From positions 1,376,001 through 1,440,000 of the forward strand of contig OY771555.1 in assembly GCA_963674785.1 (NCBI GenBank): a DNA stretch of 64,000 nucleotides, read 5' to 3'. Positions within the stretch are counted from its first letter, which is position 1; each line of letters opens with the position of its first letter. The notes under the pieces were generated by a model. It saw only the letters and a list, made by a program, of their open reading frames with translations. It was not told where the DNA came from and made no database searches. Both the position numbers and the translations under genes were made by a program. Below, one piece after another: positions 8,378 to 18,139 of the stretch. This stretch comes from Caldisericia bacterium (GTDB lineage: Bacteria; Caldisericota; Caldisericia; JAAYUI01).

Positions 8378-9526
8378 ATGTCAAAGATGTACAAAAAGTT
8401 GCTGTTGGCACCAGGCCCAACTCCGTTACCACCAGAAGTAAAACTTGCTGGAGCATGGGACATTGAGCATCACAGAAACCCAGCTTCAAAAAAAGCTCTC
8501 AAGGTTTGTGTTGAGAATTTCCAGTGGTTGCTTGGAACAAAGCATGATGTTCATTTACTCGCATCATCTGGTTCAGGTGCAATGGAAACTGCATTTGTAA
8601 ATACAATCAGCCCAGGCGACAAAGTTATCATCGTGAACGCTGGTAACTTTGGAACAAGATGGCTCAAGATTGCAAAAACATACAAAGCAAACATTGTTGA
8701 ACTCAAGAAAACTTGGGACAAAGTTGTAACTCCTGAGGAACTCAAAAAAGCTCTTGATGAAAACCCAGACACAAAAGCAGTTTTCTGTCAGCTTTCAGAA
8801 ACCTCATCTGGCGCATGCAGCAACGTCAAAGAATTTGCAGAAATCGTTTCAAAAACAAATGCAATCATCGTTCTTGATGGTGTTTCAGGTGTAGGTGTTG
8901 TTCCACTCGATATGGATGATTGGAAAGTTGATGTAGTCGTGGGCGGTTCTCAAAAGGGTCTCATGCTTCCACCAGGACTTGGCTTTGTAGCAATAAACGA
9001 TAAAGCTTGGAAACTTGTTGAAGCCTGCACAACTCCAAGATTCTACTTCAATCTCATCGAATCAAAAAAACATATGGATAAAGGTACAATGACTCCATGG
9101 ACTTCTGCGATCACAATCGTCAATCAGGCAAATGTAGCCTTCGAGATGATGAAAGAAGAAGGTCGCGAGGAGATGTGGAACAGATTTAAAAAACTCGCAG
9201 CAGGTCTCAGACAAGCAGTCTTTGCACTTGGGCTTAAGCTCTGGCACGAATGCCCAGGTGACGCAGTAACTGCAGTTGCAATCCCAGAAAGCCTCAAAGA
9301 CGGAGTCAAAATTCCAGCAATCATGAGAGATGAATTTGGTGTGACAGTTGCTGGTGCACAGGGTGACTATAAGGGAAAATTCATCAGAATCGGTACCATG
9401 GGTGCAATGGACTTCTATGACGAACTCTGCTGTATCGCAGCACTTGAAAAAACACTCAAAAAACTCGGATGGGATTTCGAAGTTGGTGCTGGTGTTGCTG
9501 CATTCCAAAAAGCATTGATGGACTAA
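8378..9526 (+). CDS. Class V PLP aminotransferase (serine-pyruvate/alanine-glyoxylate type; probable phosphoserine aminotransferase role)
   Basis: LLAPGPTP, SGSGAME, SETSSG, GGSQKGLMLPPG (PLP lysine), FIRIGTMG; adjacent to serA. Confidence 0.9.
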   Translation: MSKMYKKLLLAPGPTPLPPEVKLAGAWDIEHHRNPASKKALKVCVENFQWLLGTKHDVHLLASSGSGAMETAFVNTISPGDKVIIVNAGNFGTRWLKIAKTYKANIVELKKTWDKVVTPEELKKALDENPDTKAVFCQLSETSSGACSNVKEFAEIVSKTNAIIVLDGVSGVGVVPLDMDDWKVDVVVGGSQKGLMLPPGLGFVAINDKAWKLVEACTTPRFYFNLIESKKHMDKGTMTPWTSAITIVNQANVAFEMMKEEGREEMWNRFKKLAAGLRQAVFALGLKLWHECPGDAVTAVAIPESLKDGVKIPAIMRDEFGVTVAGAQGDYKGKFIRIGTMGAMDFYDELCCIAALEKTLKKLGWDFEVGAGVAAFQKALMD

Positions 9527-9538
9527 GGAGTAGTCATC

Positions 9539-10447
9539 ATGGCAAAAATACTCGTAGCAGATGCAATTGCAAAAGAGGGAATAGAGCTTCTTAAAAAAGC
9601 CGGACATGATGTAGTCGTTGAAAGTTATGATGCGGATCAGCTCAAAGTTGAGATTCCAAAATATGACGGAGTCATAGTAAGATCAGCAACAAAAATTAGA
9701 GTACCACATATTGAAGCAGCAAAGAATCTCAAGATTATTGGTAGAGCCGGTGTCGGACTTGATAATATTGATGTAAAAGATGCCGAAAAAGCAGGTATCA
9801 AGGTTGTAAATACACCAGCCGCAACATCAATTTCTGTTGCAGAGCTTGCAATTGGGCATATGATTGCTGCAGCCAGATGGATTGGCCATGGTACAGCAAC
9901 AATGCGTGAAGGTAAGTGGGAAAAGAAAAACATGAAGGGTTCAGAGCTCTTCGGTAAAACTGTTGGTGTAATTGGAATGGGAAGAATCGGTCAGGAAACA
10001 GCCAAAAGACTTCTTGCCTTTGGTATGAAAGTTATTGCTTTTGACCCATACATCAAAGTTTCACCAATTGATGGCGTTGAGATGGTTGAAAAAGACAAAC
10101 TTGTAGCTGATTCAGATATCATCACGCTCCACATCCCACACACAGATGAGACCCATTATATCATTGATAAAGCAGACTTTGACAAGATGAAGGATGGAGT
10201 AATTCTTGTAAATTGTGCAAGAGGTGGTACAGTCTCAGAATCTGCGCTATATGATGCACTCAAGTCTGGAAAAGTCGGCTCAGCTGCAATTGATGTCTGG
10301 GAAACCGAACCAGTAAAAGATGTTCATAAGCTTTCAGAATTTCCAAATGTTGTAATGACGCCTCATGTTGGTGCGTCCGCAAATGAAGGTCAGACAAGAG
10401 CTGGTATCGAAGTAGCGGAGAAATTTATAGAATTTTTTAGAGGTTAG
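9539..10447 (+). CDS. serA: D-3-phosphoglycerate dehydrogenase, short form without ACT domain
   Basis: VRSATK, RAGVGLDNID, GMGRIG, NCARGG, TPHVGAS. Confidence 0.85.
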   Translation: MAKILVADAIAKEGIELLKKAGHDVVVESYDADQLKVEIPKYDGVIVRSATKIRVPHIEAAKNLKIIGRAGVGLDNIDVKDAEKAGIKVVNTPAATSISVAELAIGHMIAAARWIGHGTATMREGKWEKKNMKGSELFGKTVGVIGMGRIGQETAKRLLAFGMKVIAFDPYIKVSPIDGVEMVEKDKLVADSDIITLHIPHTDETHYIIDKADFDKMKDGVILVNCARGGTVSESALYDALKSGKVGSAAIDVWETEPVKDVHKLSEFPNVVMTPHVGASANEGQTRAGIEVAEKFIEFFRG

Positions 10448-10450
10448 TAT

Positions 10451-11791
10451 ATGGCAGAGATAAGACCGTTTAGAGGTGTACATTTCACAGAAAAAGCTGG
10501 TAATATTCAGGATTTGATTACCCAGCCATATGATAAGATTACACCTGAAATGCAGGAAGAGTATTACAAAAAATCAGAGAACAATTCGGTTAGATTTGTT
10601 CTTGGCAAAGATCTTCCTGGTGATAATGACAGTGTAAACAAATACACAAGAGCAAATGAGTTTTTCCAGAAATTGCTTTCCGAGGGCAACCTTGTTCAGG
10701 ACGACGAGAATACAATCTACGCATATGATCAGGACTATGTGAATCCTGATACTGGCGATGTTGTTACAAGAAAATGTTTCATTGGGGCAACAAAACTCCA
10801 CGAATACAGTGAGAATGTTGTTTATCCACATGAACATACTCTCTCTGGTCCAAAAGAAGACAGATTGAATCTTACAAGAGCAATGAAGGCAAATACTGGT
10901 CTTGTTTTGATGTTCTACAGGGATAATGAATTTCTTATACAGAAGATACTTGAAGAGCAGACAAAGTCAGCTCCACTTTTTGATGCTGTGGACCATTTCA
11001 ACACTCATCACAAGATTTGGAGAATCACCGACTCAGAAGTGATCAAAAAAATTCAGAACATCATGGAAGATAAAACCATGATAGTTTGTGATGGACATCA
11101 CAGATATGAAACAGCACTCAACTACAGAAATGAGATGAGAGCCAAGAATCCTGGATACACAGGCAAAGAAGCATGGAACTACAGAATGGTTGCATGTGCA
11201 AATACTGCTGACCCAAATCTTTATGTTTTCCCAACACACAGAGTTATCAGGAATGTGGCTGGATTCAATGGTGCTGAGCTTCTTGCAAAACTTGGCGAAA
11301 TCTTTGATATTGAAGAGATTACCCCAAAATGTTGTCCAGATTCAACAGTTCTTGAGCTTGCAACCAAGGTCAAAGCAGATGCAGAAAAGCACTCATTCGG
11401 GTTATATATCAATGGTAATGAGAAGATGTATAAACTCACACTCAAAAATGATGGCATTGCAGAGGCTCTTCCAGGTGATATGTCAAATGACTGGAAAAAG
11501 CTCGATGTAACAATTCTTCATAAGCTCATTCTTGAACCAATGTTCGGAATTGGTGAAAAAGAACTTGCAGCACAGACTAATGTTGATTATATCAGAAAAT
11601 ATGAAGATGCAGCAAAACTTGTTACAGATGGAACTCATCAGTGTGTTTTCTTCATGAATCCAACACTTACGCATCACGTTGAGGCAGTTTGCAAACACAA
11701 TGAAACAATGCCACAGAAATCAACTGACTACTTCCCAAAGGTACAGTCTGGTCTTGTCATTCAGTACATTCCAGATGGCGAAGAGATATAG
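10451..11791 (+). CDS. DUF1015 family protein
   Basis: IRPFRG, PYD, PHEHT, DGHHRYETA, PTHR, MPQKSTDYFPK; commonly found beside serA/serC. Confidence 0.88.
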   Translation: MAEIRPFRGVHFTEKAGNIQDLITQPYDKITPEMQEEYYKKSENNSVRFVLGKDLPGDNDSVNKYTRANEFFQKLLSEGNLVQDDENTIYAYDQDYVNPDTGDVVTRKCFIGATKLHEYSENVVYPHEHTLSGPKEDRLNLTRAMKANTGLVLMFYRDNEFLIQKILEEQTKSAPLFDAVDHFNTHHKIWRITDSEVIKKIQNIMEDKTMIVCDGHHRYETALNYRNEMRAKNPGYTGKEAWNYRMVACANTADPNLYVFPTHRVIRNVAGFNGAELLAKLGEIFDIEEITPKCCPDSTVLELATKVKADAEKHSFGLYINGNEKMYKLTLKNDGIAEALPGDMSNDWKKLDVTILHKLILEPMFGIGEKELAAQTNVDYIRKYEDAAKLVTDGTHQCVFFMNPTLTHHVEAVCKHNETMPQKSTDYFPKVQSGLVIQYIPDGEEI

Positions 11792-11817
11792 TTCAGTTTT
11801 TAAAAAATTAGAGGTTC

Positions 11818-11848
11818 AAATCCCCCTGCGTTAACAGGGGGATTTTTT
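11818..11848 (+). terminator. Rho-independent terminator
   Basis: AAATCCCCCTG-CGTTAA-CAGGGGGATTT followed by T run. Confidence 0.85.
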
Positions 11849-11871
11849 ATTGATCTAATCAACATTTCCGA

Positions 11872-11899
11872 TTGACAGCATTTAAAATCCTGTTAATAT
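11872..11899 (+). promoter_or_regulatory. Sigma70-type promoter, likely leaderless
   Basis: TTGACA-16 nt-TAATAT (extended TG), ATG 6 nt later, no SD. Confidence 0.65.
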
Positions 11900-11905
11900 T
11901 CTGAT

Positions 11906-12919
11906 ATGAGAAAACATATCAGGAGTGTTGTTTCATCGATTCGTTCAAATCCATGGCAGTTTATTGGTGTATTTTTGATAACTCTAATACTGATCTATTT
12001 TATCTATATCACTTTTTACAGAATTTGCTATTTACCACCAGTTCAATTTGGGATAGTTATTCCGAATCCATCGATGCTTTTTTTACCAAGCGCTTTTGTG
12101 TTGCATGTTGGAGCAAACATTTTGAACATACTGTGGATTATTCTTGGGTTAGGAGTAGTGCTTGCCGTCGGTGCTTTTATTTCTGCTGGTTTTTTGCATT
12201 GTTTGGAGTTAACGGATAAAAAAGATGATTGGTTGAAGACATTTTTTGTTCAGGGAGCAAAAAGATTTCCCAAAACATTGCCGACATCAATTATAAATTT
12301 CTTGATCTTATTTGGGATCGTTGCACTTTTTGCACTTATTCCATATTTATTCCGACTCGATGTATCAGCACCTATTGTTGGTATCCTGCTTTTGGCTTCT
12401 GTTATTGTTTTATCAAACTTTTTTGTGTTCATGGTTTTTGAATCTGTGTTTTCAAAAAAATGTGTTACAAAGCTTATACCTGATGCATGCAACAAGGCTT
12501 TGAAAGTTTTTGGAAATCTGACAATTATATCGCTCATTATATGGATTCTTTTCACATCTATTATGATGATTTTTGGAATTTCAAAAATATATAATTGGAG
12601 TACTTTCTACTCACTTCTTGCTGTTGGTTCGTTGATTCATCTCCTTTCAATCGTATTTTTGTATTACCCGCTCTACAAGAATGCAACAGAATTACTAGGT
12701 GAAAAAATAGGAGAGCCAGAAAAAGTTGAATCACAAAAAACTGAAGAACCAGAAGAAAGAGTTCACAAAACAGAATACATTGGCAGTGACAATTACGTAT
12801 TCCATAAAACAACCTGCTTCCATGTAAAACAGATTGCACCTGGAACAGAGGATTATTTTGAAACCCGTGAAGAGGCAATTGAAAAAGGATATGAACCCTG
12901 CAAACATTGCAGACCATAA
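11906..12919 (+). CDS. Polytopic membrane protein with C-terminal Ada-type metal-binding domain
   Basis: About 6 TM segments; C-term YIGS..VFHKTTC...FETREEAIEKGYEPCKHCRP. Confidence 0.8.
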   Translation: MRKHIRSVVSSIRSNPWQFIGVFLITLILIYFIYITFYRICYLPPVQFGIVIPNPSMLFLPSAFVLHVGANILNILWIILGLGVVLAVGAFISAGFLHCLELTDKKDDWLKTFFVQGAKRFPKTLPTSIINFLILFGIVALFALIPYLFRLDVSAPIVGILLLASVIVLSNFFVFMVFESVFSKKCVTKLIPDACNKALKVFGNLTIISLIIWILFTSIMMIFGISKIYNWSTFYSLLAVGSLIHLLSIVFLYYPLYKNATELLGEKIGEPEKVESQKTEEPEERVHKTEYIGSDNYVFHKTTCFHVKQIAPGTEDYFETREEAIEKGYEPCKHCRP

Positions 12920-12928
12920 ATCATATTA

Positions 12929-14008
12929 ATGGGAGAAAAAATGCAAAAATATCTAAATAAAATAAACAGCAGAATTAAATCGAATCCATGGCAGTTTGTA
13001 TTGGTTTTTCTCATTGTATTACTACTCTCATCGCTATTTCATACTTTTGTAATCTCAATCAGATTTCTCGCACCAATCCAATTTGGATCAATAGTTCCAA
13101 ACATTGAATTTCTTGGCGCTGCTGGGTTGTTTTTATCCTATGGCTCGGTTCCAGAGTATCTACTTCTGTGTTTGGCGGTAGTGTTATCGATTGCCGTTGG
13201 TTCATTTCTGATTGCTGGTTATTTACCATGTTTGGATATGAGAGAAACTTGGGAAAAATCAAAAAGTTGGATTACTACTTTTTTTAATGAGGGTATTAAA
13301 AGATTTTTCAATGTTTTTGTAGTGTCAATTATAAACTATTTGATCCTTTATGTTCTTACAATGCTGTTGAGTTTTGCGATGACATTTATCGTCGTTGATG
13401 CGATTTTTGGGTCAAGCAGTTTTGGGTCGCTTATCTTTATTTTTTTGATAGTTGTAGTATTTGTTATTCTTTCTGTTTTCTTTGTTTTTATGCCGTATGA
13501 AGCAGTTTTTTCAAAGAAATCGACTGGTTCTGTTATTACAACAGCTCTCAAGAAGTCGTCAAAAGTCTTTGGAAGCTTGATTCTGGTGACTTTTTTGGTT
13601 TGGGTCTCTTACATTCTTATCTATTGGGCTTTTATTAGGACAGTGGTTTACACAACCCAATATATTGCAGTTCAGTTTTTCTTTGTTTCCTTTTTCGGAT
13701 TCCTTCTGACTGTTTTGGCAATGACCTTTTTCTATTTCCCTCTCTACAAAAAGGCATCTGCGATAGTTGATGGTGAATCTGTGCCTTTTGTTGAAGAGTC
13801 AGAAGAGACCCCACTCATAGCTTCGTCAACAACCACAGAACAAGAAAGAGTTCACAAAACAGAATATATTGGAAGCCACAACAATATCTTTCATAAAACA
13901 AACTGTTGGCATGTTGAACAGATTTTGTCTGGAACAGAAATCTATTTTGAATCAAGAGAAGAGGCAATCGAAAAAGGTTTTGAGCCCTGCAAACATTGTA
14001 ACCCTTAG
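12929..14008 (+). CDS. Paralogous membrane protein with C-terminal Ada-type metal-binding domain (start may be 12941)
   Basis: SNPWQF and P-x-QFG shared with upstream gene; IFHKTNC...EAIEKGFEPCKHCNP. Confidence 0.8.
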   Translation: MGEKMQKYLNKINSRIKSNPWQFVLVFLIVLLLSSLFHTFVISIRFLAPIQFGSIVPNIEFLGAAGLFLSYGSVPEYLLLCLAVVLSIAVGSFLIAGYLPCLDMRETWEKSKSWITTFFNEGIKRFFNVFVVSIINYLILYVLTMLLSFAMTFIVVDAIFGSSSFGSLIFIFLIVVVFVILSVFFVFMPYEAVFSKKSTGSVITTALKKSSKVFGSLILVTFLVWVSYILIYWAFIRTVVYTTQYIAVQFFFVSFFGFLLTVLAMTFFYFPLYKKASAIVDGESVPFVEESEETPLIASSTTTEQERVHKTEYIGSHNNIFHKTNCWHVEQILSGTEIYFESREEAIEKGFEPCKHCNP

Positions 14009-14009
14009 A

Positions 14010-14954
14010 TTAATCACATTTTCTAAGAATCTTGGGTAATTCCTCTTTCAGATATTTTTTTGGTTTAAAGCCGAGATATTTCTCGGCTTTACTTATATCG
14101 TATTCGTGAGAGTTGGCAAGAAGTGCAATAGTCATTTTTGATGCAAGTGGTTTTTTGCCGAACGCAAAGAAGGTGTTTATTCCCGCAAATCCTGAGGCAA
14201 TCCATATCGGGATTTTTATCCCTTTTTCACAGAGCCCGAGTGTTGAACATGCAACTTTTACAATATCTGATGCTTTCATTGGGTCAGGCCCTGCGATGTT
14301 AAATGTCATTCCATCAATCCCTACTTTTGTGCTTGCAGCAATGCAAGCATCTGATACATCATCAACATGCACAAGATGCCATATTTGCTCACCTGATCCG
14401 ATCATCCTGATTGGAGTTTTGAGGATTCCATTGATACTACTTGTATACCCCTCTTTTGGAGAATCTCCATAGATGGCGGTTGGCCTGACGGCAACGCATT
14501 CAATTCCAAGGTTTTTACAGGTCTCAAATGTGATCTTTTCTCCATCACGTTTTGAGTTTCCGTAACCAAGACCATCACCGAGTTTATCTTCCTCGGTGAT
14601 TGGTGAGTTTTTATGACCAAGACCAACTACAGATGTAGAACTGACCTGTACATACCTTTTTGCTCCGAGTTTATGGGCTGCTTCAACTAGTTTTTTTTGA
14701 AGATCAACATTGACGGACTTGAGTTTTTTATAACTCAAGTGATTTGAGATGTGACCAATGTTGTTGATGAAAACATCAATCTTTTCATCAAAACTGGAGA
14801 GAATATTTTCTTCAAATTTTTCAATTATTACTTTGCACCCAGGGATTTCTGTGTCTCTTCTGATAGGACAAATTACATCATGTCCCTGAGATACCAATTT
14901 CTTTGAAAGAGCATATCCGACAAGACCGGTTGCTCCGGTTACTAAAAATTTCAT
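14010..14954 (-). CDS. NAD-dependent epimerase/dehydratase (extended SDR)
   Basis: VTGATGLVG, SSTSV, YGNSK, RPTAIYG. Confidence 0.9.
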   Translation of the reverse strand: MKFLVTGATGLVGYALSKKLVSQGHDVICPIRRDTEIPGCKVIIEKFEENILSSFDEKIDVFINNIGHISNHLSYKKLKSVNVDLQKKLVEAAHKLGAKRYVQVSSTSVVGLGHKNSPITEEDKLGDGLGYGNSKRDGEKITFETCKNLGIECVAVRPTAIYGDSPKEGYTSSINGILKTPIRMIGSGEQIWHLVHVDDVSDACIAASTKVGIDGMTFNIAGPDPMKASDIVKVACSTLGLCEKGIKIPIWIASGFAGINTFFAFGKKPLASKMTIALLANSHEYDISKAEKYLGFKPKKYLKEELPKILRKCD

Positions 14955-14975
14955 ATTATAAAAAAACCTTTCCTA

Positions 14976-15716
14976 TTATTTTTGGAATACGGATATTAGA
15001 TGTGTTGAGGAGTCAGGTCTGAATGGCGATCCATCAAGTTCTCCATACATGCTTATGGATGAATACTTTGATCTTGAGGCGAATCTTACGAGGTCTTCTT
15101 TTCTAAAGGCCATGATTTTATCTGTTACCTCAGTCATTTTCCATTCTCCAGCTCTTTCAAGCATAAGGATTGAGAGATTTGGGTCATCTTTATTCAAGTC
15201 AAATGCTTTTATGAACAACATGTTTTCATCGTTCGATTTTATCAATTCAAACCTTTTTTGTGACCTGGACATTAGCCTGTAGTTGAGGGTTTGTATGATT
15301 AATACACCGCCAACCTTTAAAACTGTTTTTGCATCTTTAAAAAAGTCTAATGCCTGGTTTTTATCCTCAAGCATTGAGATGATGTTTCCAAGCATCATTA
15401 CAGCGTCAAAAGGTTTTGCAGGATGCTTTGCTATGTCAAGCATTGTGAGTTGGTTGAAGGTTACGTATTCTTTTTCTAGGAGAGCGTTTTTCTTAGCTTT
15501 TTTAATCAGCCTGTCAGAATCATCCATTCCAAAAACATCAAAACCAAGCTTTGATAATCCTATCGCGTGCATTCCTGTTGCGCAGCCAACATCGAGAACT
15601 TTTTTTGCTTTGTTCATTATTAGAAGTTTTTTCAGGAAAGGTATCTCAGCGTTTAGCCTTCTGTCCCAATCAACAAAGCTATCGTACTTTTCGCCTAATT
15701 CATCATAAATACTCAT
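14976..15716 (-). CDS. Class I SAM-dependent methyltransferase
   Basis: VLDVGCATG motif I, FDAV..LGN, LKVGGVLII. Confidence 0.88.
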   Translation of the reverse strand: MSIYDELGEKYDSFVDWDRRLNAEIPFLKKLLIMNKAKKVLDVGCATGMHAIGLSKLGFDVFGMDDSDRLIKKAKKNALLEKEYVTFNQLTMLDIAKHPAKPFDAVMMLGNIISMLEDKNQALDFFKDAKTVLKVGGVLIIQTLNYRLMSRSQKRFELIKSNDENMLFIKAFDLNKDDPNLSILMLERAGEWKMTEVTDKIMAFRKEDLVRFASRSKYSSISMYGELDGSPFRPDSSTHLISVFQK

Positions 15717-15719
15717 TTT

Positions 15720-16532
15720 TTACTCTCCAAGTATTTGATTTAATTGGTCATGAATTTCTGTTCCGTTGGTTGCCAGTAGCTCTCCATTAAAAATATTATA
15801 ATCAGTATCACTTTTTATGTTTGTAATTTTTCCACCTGCTTCGGTAAGAATTAGAAATCCCGCTGCAACATCCCAGGGTTTTAGTTTTAATTCCCAATAT
15901 CCATCTAGCCTGCCACAGGCAACAAATGCCAGATCAAGTGCAGCTGACCCCAGTCTTCTTATTGCATGGGTCTGTTTGATTATCCTTGAGAAATAGTCGA
16001 TGTTATCGTGTTTGCTTGTTGCTTTGTCATATGGGAATCCGGTTGCAAGCATCGAAGTTATAAGATTGGAGTGATCAGATACACTAATTTTTTTGTCATT
16101 CAGGAATGCACCACAGTCTTTTTTTGCAACAAACAACTCATCAAAAAACGGTGCATAAATAATACCCAGTTTGGGTCGCATTTGATAATAGATACCGATT
16201 GAAACGCAGAATATTGGAAAGCCGTGGGAGTAGTTGGTTGTTCCATCAAGTGGGTCAACGATCCATGACCATCCATCACCGATGTCTGTTTTTGTGAATA
16301 CACCCTCTTCGGCAAGAATTTTATCATCTGGAAAATCTCTTTGAATGGATCCTACTATCATCTCCTGGGATTTGATATCAACCTCAGTAACCAAGTCAAT
16401 TGGACTTGATTTGGTGCTTATTTTTATCTCTTCTCCCAGTTTTGTAACCTGGTATCCACCAACTTTTTTTGCAGTATCTATTGCAAGTGAAAGTCGGTTA
16501 TCTGACTCAATGGTACTTTTTTCCGTGTTCAA
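15720..16532 (-). CDS. suhB: Inositol monophosphatase (start probably TTG at 16532; alternative ATG 16577)
   Basis: DLVTEVD, WIVDPLDGTTNY, GSAALD, WDVAAG. Confidence 0.9.
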   Translation of the reverse strand: MNTEKSTIESDNRLSLAIDTAKKVGGYQVTKLGEEIKISTKSSPIDLVTEVDIKSQEMIVGSIQRDFPDDKILAEEGVFTKTDIGDGWSWIVDPLDGTTNYSHGFPIFCVSIGIYYQMRPKLGIIYAPFFDELFVAKKDCGAFLNDKKISVSDHSNLITSMLATGFPYDKATSKHDNIDYFSRIIKQTHAIRRLGSAALDLAFVACGRLDGYWELKLKPWDVAAGFLILTEAGGKITNIKSDTDYNIFNGELLATNGTEIHDQLNQILGE

Positions 16533-16966
16533 ATCGATGCCTCGGGAAGTTCTCCCGCATCTCTGAGTTCTGTCCATTTTTTCAAGGCATTTTTTAAAAC
16601 ATCTTTATCTTGAGGGAACGTCAGGAGCTTCAGTGCCTTTTGTGGAGACACAACAAGATAAAACGAAAAATACACCTCAGTTTTAACTTTTTTTGTTTTG
16701 GCAAGCATCAAGAAATACTGAACATGTTTGTCTATTACCTTGTTTTCATTCACCCTGAATTGATAACTTGTTTCGCCAACCTCGCAGATCGGTTCAGCTC
16801 TAAGGTGTGTTTCTTCAAAAACTTCACGAACCGCTGCTTCTTCATGGGTTTCCCCATTTTCAAGATGTCCCTTAGGTAGTATCCAGTTGTTATTGCTTCT
16901 CCTCTGGAGTATAACGACTTGGTCGTTTATGAATACCACTCCTCCTGCCGACTCTTCATGTACCAT
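16529..16966 (-). CDS. NUDIX hydrolase (Ap4A hydrolase-like)
   Basis: SAGGVV; Nudix box PKGHLENGETHEEAAVREVFEET; ATG at 16966 lies 8 nt after TAAAAT. Confidence 0.88.
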   Translation of the reverse strand: MVHEESAGGVVFINDQVVILQRRSNNNWILPKGHLENGETHEEAAVREVFEETHLRAEPICEVGETSYQFRVNENKVIDKHVQYFLMLAKTKKVKTEVYFSFYLVVSPQKALKLLTFPQDKDVLKNALKKWTELRDAGELPEASI

Positions 16967-17052
16967 GGGAATATATTTTACAAGTTTTTGGTAAATTATC
17001 AACGAAGAGGTGTCCGGTTCAATGAGCAAGAGCAGATTTACCTCAACTGACC

Positions 17053-17080
17053 TTGACCTTTAACTTGTCTGTAGTAGAAT
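17053..17080 (+). promoter_or_regulatory. Promoter of the str/S10 superoperon
   Basis: TTGACC-16 nt-TAGAAT. Confidence 0.65.
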
Positions 17081-17257
17081 TCGTCTTCGACTGTGTGTGA
17101 AGTTGTATGCAGTCTTTTTTGCTGGTGTATCCAGCTAGTTTTGAATGGGCATTGATAATGCTTGTGGAGAAGAGCCCTATTTCACAAGTACTCGTGTGTG
17201 TTGAGTTATGCGAGCTATGTCTTATTCAAAATTTTTAAAAAAACACACGAGGTGAAT

Positions 17258-17629
17258 ATGCCAACAATCAATCAGCTTGTTAGACATGGCAGAAAGATGC
17301 CGAAGTCTAAGTCAAAGACTCCGTCTCTAGAATCCTGTCCTCAGAGAAGAGGGGTTTGTACTGTCGTTAGAACCCAGACTCCAAAGAAACCAAATTCAGC
17401 TCTTAGAAAAATTGCTAAAGTTAGACTTACAAATGGTAAGGAAATTATCGCATACATTGGTGGAATTGGGCATAATCTCCAGGAGCACTCAGTTGTTCTT
17501 GTAAGAGGCGGTAGAGTAAGAGACCTCCCAGGTGTTAGATATCACATTGTCAGAGGAACTCTCGATTCCATGGGTGTAGAAAACAGAGCACGTGGTCGTT
17601 CCAAATATGGAACAAAACGACCAAAGTAA
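17258..17629 (+). CDS. rpsL: 30S ribosomal protein S12
   Basis: [28 protein letters not shown]; GAGGTG RBS. Confidence 0.98.
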   Translation: MPTINQLVRHGRKMPKSKSKTPSLESCPQRRGVCTVVRTQTPKKPNSALRKIAKVRLTNGKEIIAYIGGIGHNLQEHSVVLVRGGRVRDLPGVRYHIVRGTLDSMGVENRARGRSKYGTKRPK

Positions 17630-17644
17630 GAGGTTAGTTAAGTT

Positions 17645-18115
17645 ATGCCAAGAAAAAAACTTGTAAGAACAAAAAAAGTACACCTCGATCCAATTCACAG
17701 TAACGCCCTTATTGGTCATCTCATCAAGAAGATTTTGCTTGATGGCAAAATGCTTAGAGCTGAGAAGATCGTTTATGGTGCGCTCAACAAAGTTGCCGAG
17801 AAAACAGGCAAAACTCCAGTTGAAGTGATGGAAGAAGTTGTAGATCTTTGTAGGCCACGCGTTGAAGTAAAACCTCGTCGTGTTGGTGGATCAACCTATC
17901 AGGTACCACTTGAGGTCTCAAAAGAACGTGGTGAAGCACTTGCAGTTAAGTGGATTGTTCAGTTTTCAAGAAAGAAAAAAGGCATGCCAATGATGAACAG
18001 GCTTGCCGCTGAAATGAACGATGCTCTTACTGGACAGGGTCTCGCACTCAAAAAGAAACAGGATACACATAGAATGGCCGAAGCCAACAGAGCTTTCGCC
18101 CATTACAAGTGGTAA
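17645..18115 (+). CDS. rpsG: 30S ribosomal protein S7
   Basis: RRVGGSTYQVP, HRMAEANRAFAHY. Confidence 0.98.
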   Translation: MPRKKLVRTKKVHLDPIHSNALIGHLIKKILLDGKMLRAEKIVYGALNKVAEKTGKTPVEVMEEVVDLCRPRVEVKPRRVGGSTYQVPLEVSKERGEALAVKWIVQFSRKKKGMPMMNRLAAEMNDALTGQGLALKKKQDTHRMAEANRAFAHYKW

Positions 18116-18139
18116 GAAGTTGGCCCATTAGGCCCAATT

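Noticed and set aside
17162-17257. N-terminal extensions of S12, L24, L15, L36, S4, L28 and AcyP in the ORF track
   Set aside because: Upstream alternative starts; homology and RBS positions support the downstream ATGs
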